Source: Amoebidium appalachense (lineage: Eukaryota > Protista > Ichthyosporea). From it: DNA of 26,608 nt. The notes below the pieces were generated by a model. The model saw only the letters and a program-made list of their open reading frames with translations. It made no database searches and had not been told where the DNA came from. The stretch is from contig CAVNZM010000052.1 in NCBI GenBank assembly GCA_963693365.1, positions 1 to 26,608 on the forward strand, given 5' to 3'. Shown here one piece after another: positions 22,720 through 26,608 of the stretch; the first letter of the stretch is position 1, and each line of letters starts with the position of its first letter. The position numbers and the translations under genes are program-made.

Positions 22720-23277
22720 TGTTGGAGTACACTGGTACTCCCGGCTAGCAATGTCTGTTAGAGAAAGTTTCTGAGCAATTGAATAATTGTTTCAACACTC
22801 ACTCGAGTGCATAGAGCTTTTGTTTACGGTCATATTCATATATGGTAGTTATATGTTTGAGCCAAAACTGTGCCAATGACGAGCTTCACTAGCAACGTGC
22901 TAATTGTGCTCATTAATTAATATTCCCGGTTCAGATGATGTCATGCCTATATTTGCCACAGGATTCTATTCTAGAAGTGGTAGTGTGCTTTATTCCCGGA
23001 TATCCTCAGAATATTTTTAGTTGTGTGAAGTAAGATTTACGTTTAACTGCAATTGGTGTGTTAAACACGTTTATTTGTGTTTTCAGTGCATGCACAAAAC
23101 ACATACTATTATTTACTAGTTACCCATAATACACGACACTATGTCTGACAACTTACAATTGCAGCAACTAGTCCAACTACTGGAGCAGAGGTTGGCCTCA
23201 CAAGATGCAATCATTTCTGACTTACAGAAGGAACAACGTGCACTAGAACTAGCTTCTATGAACACAATGTCCAACAG
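22720..23277 (+). mobile_element. Family C LTR-like repeat (22720-23090) joined by deletion to leader and gag-like N-terminus (ATG 23141)
   Basis: Inverted copy of 1366-1737 directly fused to the inverted copy of 335-449; coiled-coil-like MSDNLQLQQLVQLLEQRL. Confidence 0.7.
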
Positions 23278-23546
23278 GGTGTTGGGGCAGTTAGCAAAGT
23301 CGGCATCAGATAACACTCCAGCAAGGGGGTGTTGTCGTCGGATGCAGACTTGTCGTAGTGGAGGCCGAGGTTGGATGTGCCGATTAGGTACCGAACTACA
23401 CGGAGCAGACATTCCCATGCAAGTTTGGTGGGGTTGGCACTGAATCTGCCGAGGTAGCCGATGGCAAAGGAGATGTCGGACCGGGAACAACGAGCAACCC
23501 ATAAAAGACGGCCGAGGAGTTCACGGTAGGGAACGTTTATGGGTAT
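23278..23546 (-). pseudogene. Second Ty1/copia RT/RNase H junction fragment (not evident in the ORF track)
   Basis: Manual translation NVPYRELLGRLLWVARCSRSDISFAIGYLGRFSANPTKLAWECLLRVVRYLIGTSNLGLHY...LECY/SDADFANC; paralog of ~14030-14280. Confidence 0.88.
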
Positions 23547-24162
23547 CTCGCCCCCTCCTCTCTACTCCTTATTCCAAGTAAACGTCACCATATAAGATCA
23601 AAATAAAAATCCTAAATCCAGAAAGTGGTAAATTGTCAAATTTCAGAAAAGCGTCAATTTTGGAATTTTTCAAGACACAATCTGGAATTTATAAGCTTTA
23701 TAAGAAATCTTAAATTGTAATTAAACTTATTTCTTCAAACAGTAGTAATTCTAGTACCTTTTTGAATAGAGATGGATTATGGTTAATCCCTTAGATTCAT
23801 GAGTCTAAGTCCTTTTAGGTTGGAGCACCGCGAAAGTTCCGTAGGCTTCCGTAGGTACCAATTCCTACACTATTTTATATCTAGTTCTGTCAGGATATAA
23901 GATGAAAAATACAATCCTAAATACAACATGTGATCGAAATCCAAAAAATCGTCAATTTTGGAAATTTAGCAGATGAGGGATTGAGATTAATAAAAATATT
24001 AAAGAGTTATTAAATTGGTTTTGTAGCATTTTGTTAGAAATTCCGTGCTATGTTAATAGTACTGTAGCAGTAGGAGTAGAATTTAATTATTCAAGAATAG
24101 GAAAGAGAAAAGATGTATAACAGCATTCATGTGATAAAAATGTAATAAATATAGCATTAGTA

Positions 24163-25505
24163 GGTATAGTAGTTTAATATTAATGTTTAGCAAGAGTGGA
24201 CAAAGTAGAAATAAATATAAATACAATAGTGATAAGAGGAGTAGGTCTAATCGTGGGATTAGAAAGTGATAAATGAGGAAGAGGATTAACCGGAGAATAT
24301 GGATAGTTAATCGTGGAATAGAAGCTACATTAATGTTGGTAGTTGCTTTATTAATGAAGTATAGAAAATAGAACGAGTATAGTTTTTTTATTATTAATTC
24401 AGATTTAATAGAAAGTATAAGTTACTATACTCTCAGATAATCCTATATATAATGTGATTCTTACAATTAGCACTCCCGATGGTCGTATGCATACATATCT
24501 AATTAGGTTCATTAAGTCCATGACTATGTATCATATGAAATATTATTTAATAGCCCATACGGCAGATCTACCGTGTAATGTTGTATCAATCTTCATAAAA
24601 TTAGAAAGGTTGAATCTAAACAACATTCAATTATTAAATAATAATAGTAGAGTATTAGGGCAATAATTCTGTAGAGTAATAGTACCTTAAACGAATCTGG
24701 ATAATCTATTCTATCCACTTGGAATTTCTGGACTTAATAAAAATTTTATAGGTAATAAAGGAAGGAAGTACTATTAACATAGTACTTAATTAGTATAAAA
24801 GTATGATCGTAAAGAGTAGATGCTTGTACTTCACGAGCTTGTCGTATCGTCCTGATAAGAGCATAAGATTATTCTTTTAGGAAAGAATCTCTTAAGAGAC
24901 TTTACCTGGCTCTCTAATAAATAGAGTAGTTACATTATTCAATTAGTAGGAAAGCATCACTTTAAAGAGGAGGTTCGAGTACTTCCCGAGTTTGTTGTAT
25001 CGTGATGATAAGAGCATAAGACTATTCTTTAGTAAGGTAGTTCTTAAGAAACACTAACTAGCTCTCTAATAAATAGAGTAGTTACACTATTCAATTAGTA
25101 GGAAAGCATCACTTTAAAGAATAGGTGTGAGTACTTCCCGAGTTTGTTGTATCATGATGATAAGAGCATAAGACTATTCTTTAGTAAGGTAGTTCTTAAG
25201 AAACACTAACTAGCTCTATAAATTTTTAGAACTGTTATTATTTTATTAGTAAGAAAGAGAAATTAATAAATATGGTATTAATAGATATAGTAGTTTAAAT
25301 AGTAATGTTTAGCAAAATGGATAAAGTAGAAGTAATCGATTTAATATAAATACAATAGTAATAATAGGAGTAGGCTTAATCGCGGGATTAGAAAGCTATG
25401 AATTAGAAAGAATAATGGAATTAACCGGAGAATATGGATAGTTAATCCTTGAGTATTGAATAGTAACTACATTAAGATTAGTAATTACTTTATTAATGTA
25501 TGAAA
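24163..25505. repeat. Diverged ~200-bp direct repeats (~24163-24365 and ~25285-25505)
   Basis: Shared blocks TAGTAGTTTAA, AATGTTTAGCAA, GGAGTAGG, GGGATTAGAAAG, TTAACCGGAGAATATGGATAGTTAATC. Confidence 0.8.
24811..25218. repeat. Tandem repeat, ~152-bp unit, ~2.7 copies
   Basis: Units start at ~24811, ~24964 and ~25116 (GATAAGAGCATAAGA core). Confidence 0.88.
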
Positions 25506-25526
25506 GATAATGGTTACAGATTATTC

Positions 25527-25680
25527 CATTAAAGACAAGGGATGCTGATTATTGCATTAAAGACAATGGATGCTGATTATTGCATTAAAGACAATGGATG
25601 CTAATTAAAGTATAAAAATTAATGGATGCTGATTAATGCATCAAAGGTAATGGGTGCTAATTAATGCTTTAAAGGAAATG
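25527..25680. repeat. 28-bp minisatellite (CATTAAAGACAATGGATGCTGATTATTG), ~5.5 copies
   Basis: Directly visible tandem units. Confidence 0.88.
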
Positions 25681-25764
25681 AAATATTGAGTGTTGAAAGG
25701 CTTAGTAATACACCAAAGGTGGTGGAACGTTAAGTAATGCAGAAAAGGTAATGTATGAAAGGTA

Positions 25765-25895
25765 GTAAGATGCGGAATAAAGTATAAAGATAGCGAAATG
25801 TGGAATAATGTATAAAAAATAGCGAGATGCGGAATAATGTATAAAAGATAGTAAGATGCGGAATAATGTATAAAAGATAGTAAGATGCGGAATAG
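25765..25895. repeat. 29-bp minisatellite (GTAAGATGCGGAATAATGTATAAAAGATA), ~4.5 copies
   Basis: Directly visible tandem units. Confidence 0.88.
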
Positions 25896-26380
25896 TGAGG
25901 CGTAAAAAATGCGGGGAGAGGGGAAAGATAACCAGAGGATAAAAATCCTGAGAATAATAAAACCAAATAGGGATAAGAATAATTAGATAGTATAGTGTAA
26001 ACGAAATGGTATAAGGATGAAAAGAATCAAATAATAGGATTACGACAAAGATAAGAAGACATTAGGTCAAGAAGGTAAGATGTTAGGATTATATAATTAA
26101 TTAATAGATGAAAATTTACGAAAGAATAATAGATCGAAGACGATAAAAGATTAATGGAATAAAGAAGTAATATCGGTAAAAAGAATAGTAAAGTGATAGC
26201 AATGGCTAGGGAAAAGAATAATAGTAACATTATTAAAACTCTAGTTAGAATTTAACCTCATAAGACTATTTGTCATTGTACTTTTAATACAATTCGTCGA
26301 CCAAATTTCACATAGAGATTCCTTAATCTAGTACTCAAATTAATTGATAGTAGGATTTTCGCCAGAAATGGCCCAACTTT

Positions 26381-26541
26381 CTTAGGAAGGGTCCAAACTC
26401 GCTTAGAAAAGATCCAACTAGCTTAGGAGAGATCTTGCGCACTTAAGAAAAATCCTGTACACTTAGGAGAGATTCTGCGCACTTAAAAAAGATCCTGCGC
26501 ACTTAGGAGAGATCCTGCGCACTTAGGAGAGATTCTGCGCA
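26381..26541. repeat. 20-bp minisatellite (CTTAGGAGAGATCCTGCGCA), 8 copies
   Basis: Units at 26381, 26402, 26422, 26442, 26462, 26482, 26502 and 26522. Confidence 0.92.
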
Positions 26542-26608
26542 GTTACAAGGAACCTTATCGCTAGATAGAAGTCTATACTCTTGTCTTAACCGGCAAACAA
26601 ATCTACAG

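Noticed and set aside
25527-26541. CRISPR-like arrays
   Set aside because: The units are head-to-tail with no unique spacers, there are no cas genes, and the context is eukaryotic.

Overview
Eukaryotic, transposon-dense window (organism not identifiable from the sequence) made almost entirely of nested and degraded mobile elements, microsatellites and long poly-G/C tracts. It holds four LTR families (called A-D here; A and B are Ty1/copia, with PBS, PPT and 5-bp TSD evidence), copia gag-PR and RT-RNaseH fragments, and a Ty3/gypsy-like protease. There are two tyrosine-recombinase retroelements: an Ngaro-like one with YR and split direct repeats, and a DIRS/PAT-like one with RT-RNaseH-adenine methyltransferase. 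One intact intronless ORF encodes an SGNH/PC-esterase (NXPE-like) membrane protein, and an AT-rich minisatellite block with a C>T/G>A bias ends the window. The most notable item is a ~4.35 kb putative PIF/Harbinger-ISL2EU-type DNA transposon (about 7546-11902) bounded by imperfect inverted repeats, in which a THAP-HTH-DDE transposase faces an Exo1/XPG-family 5' nuclease instead of the usual YqaJ exonuclease or Myb/SANT partner. Both genes are now pseudogenised. All family assignments come from motif recognition by eye; no database searches were run.
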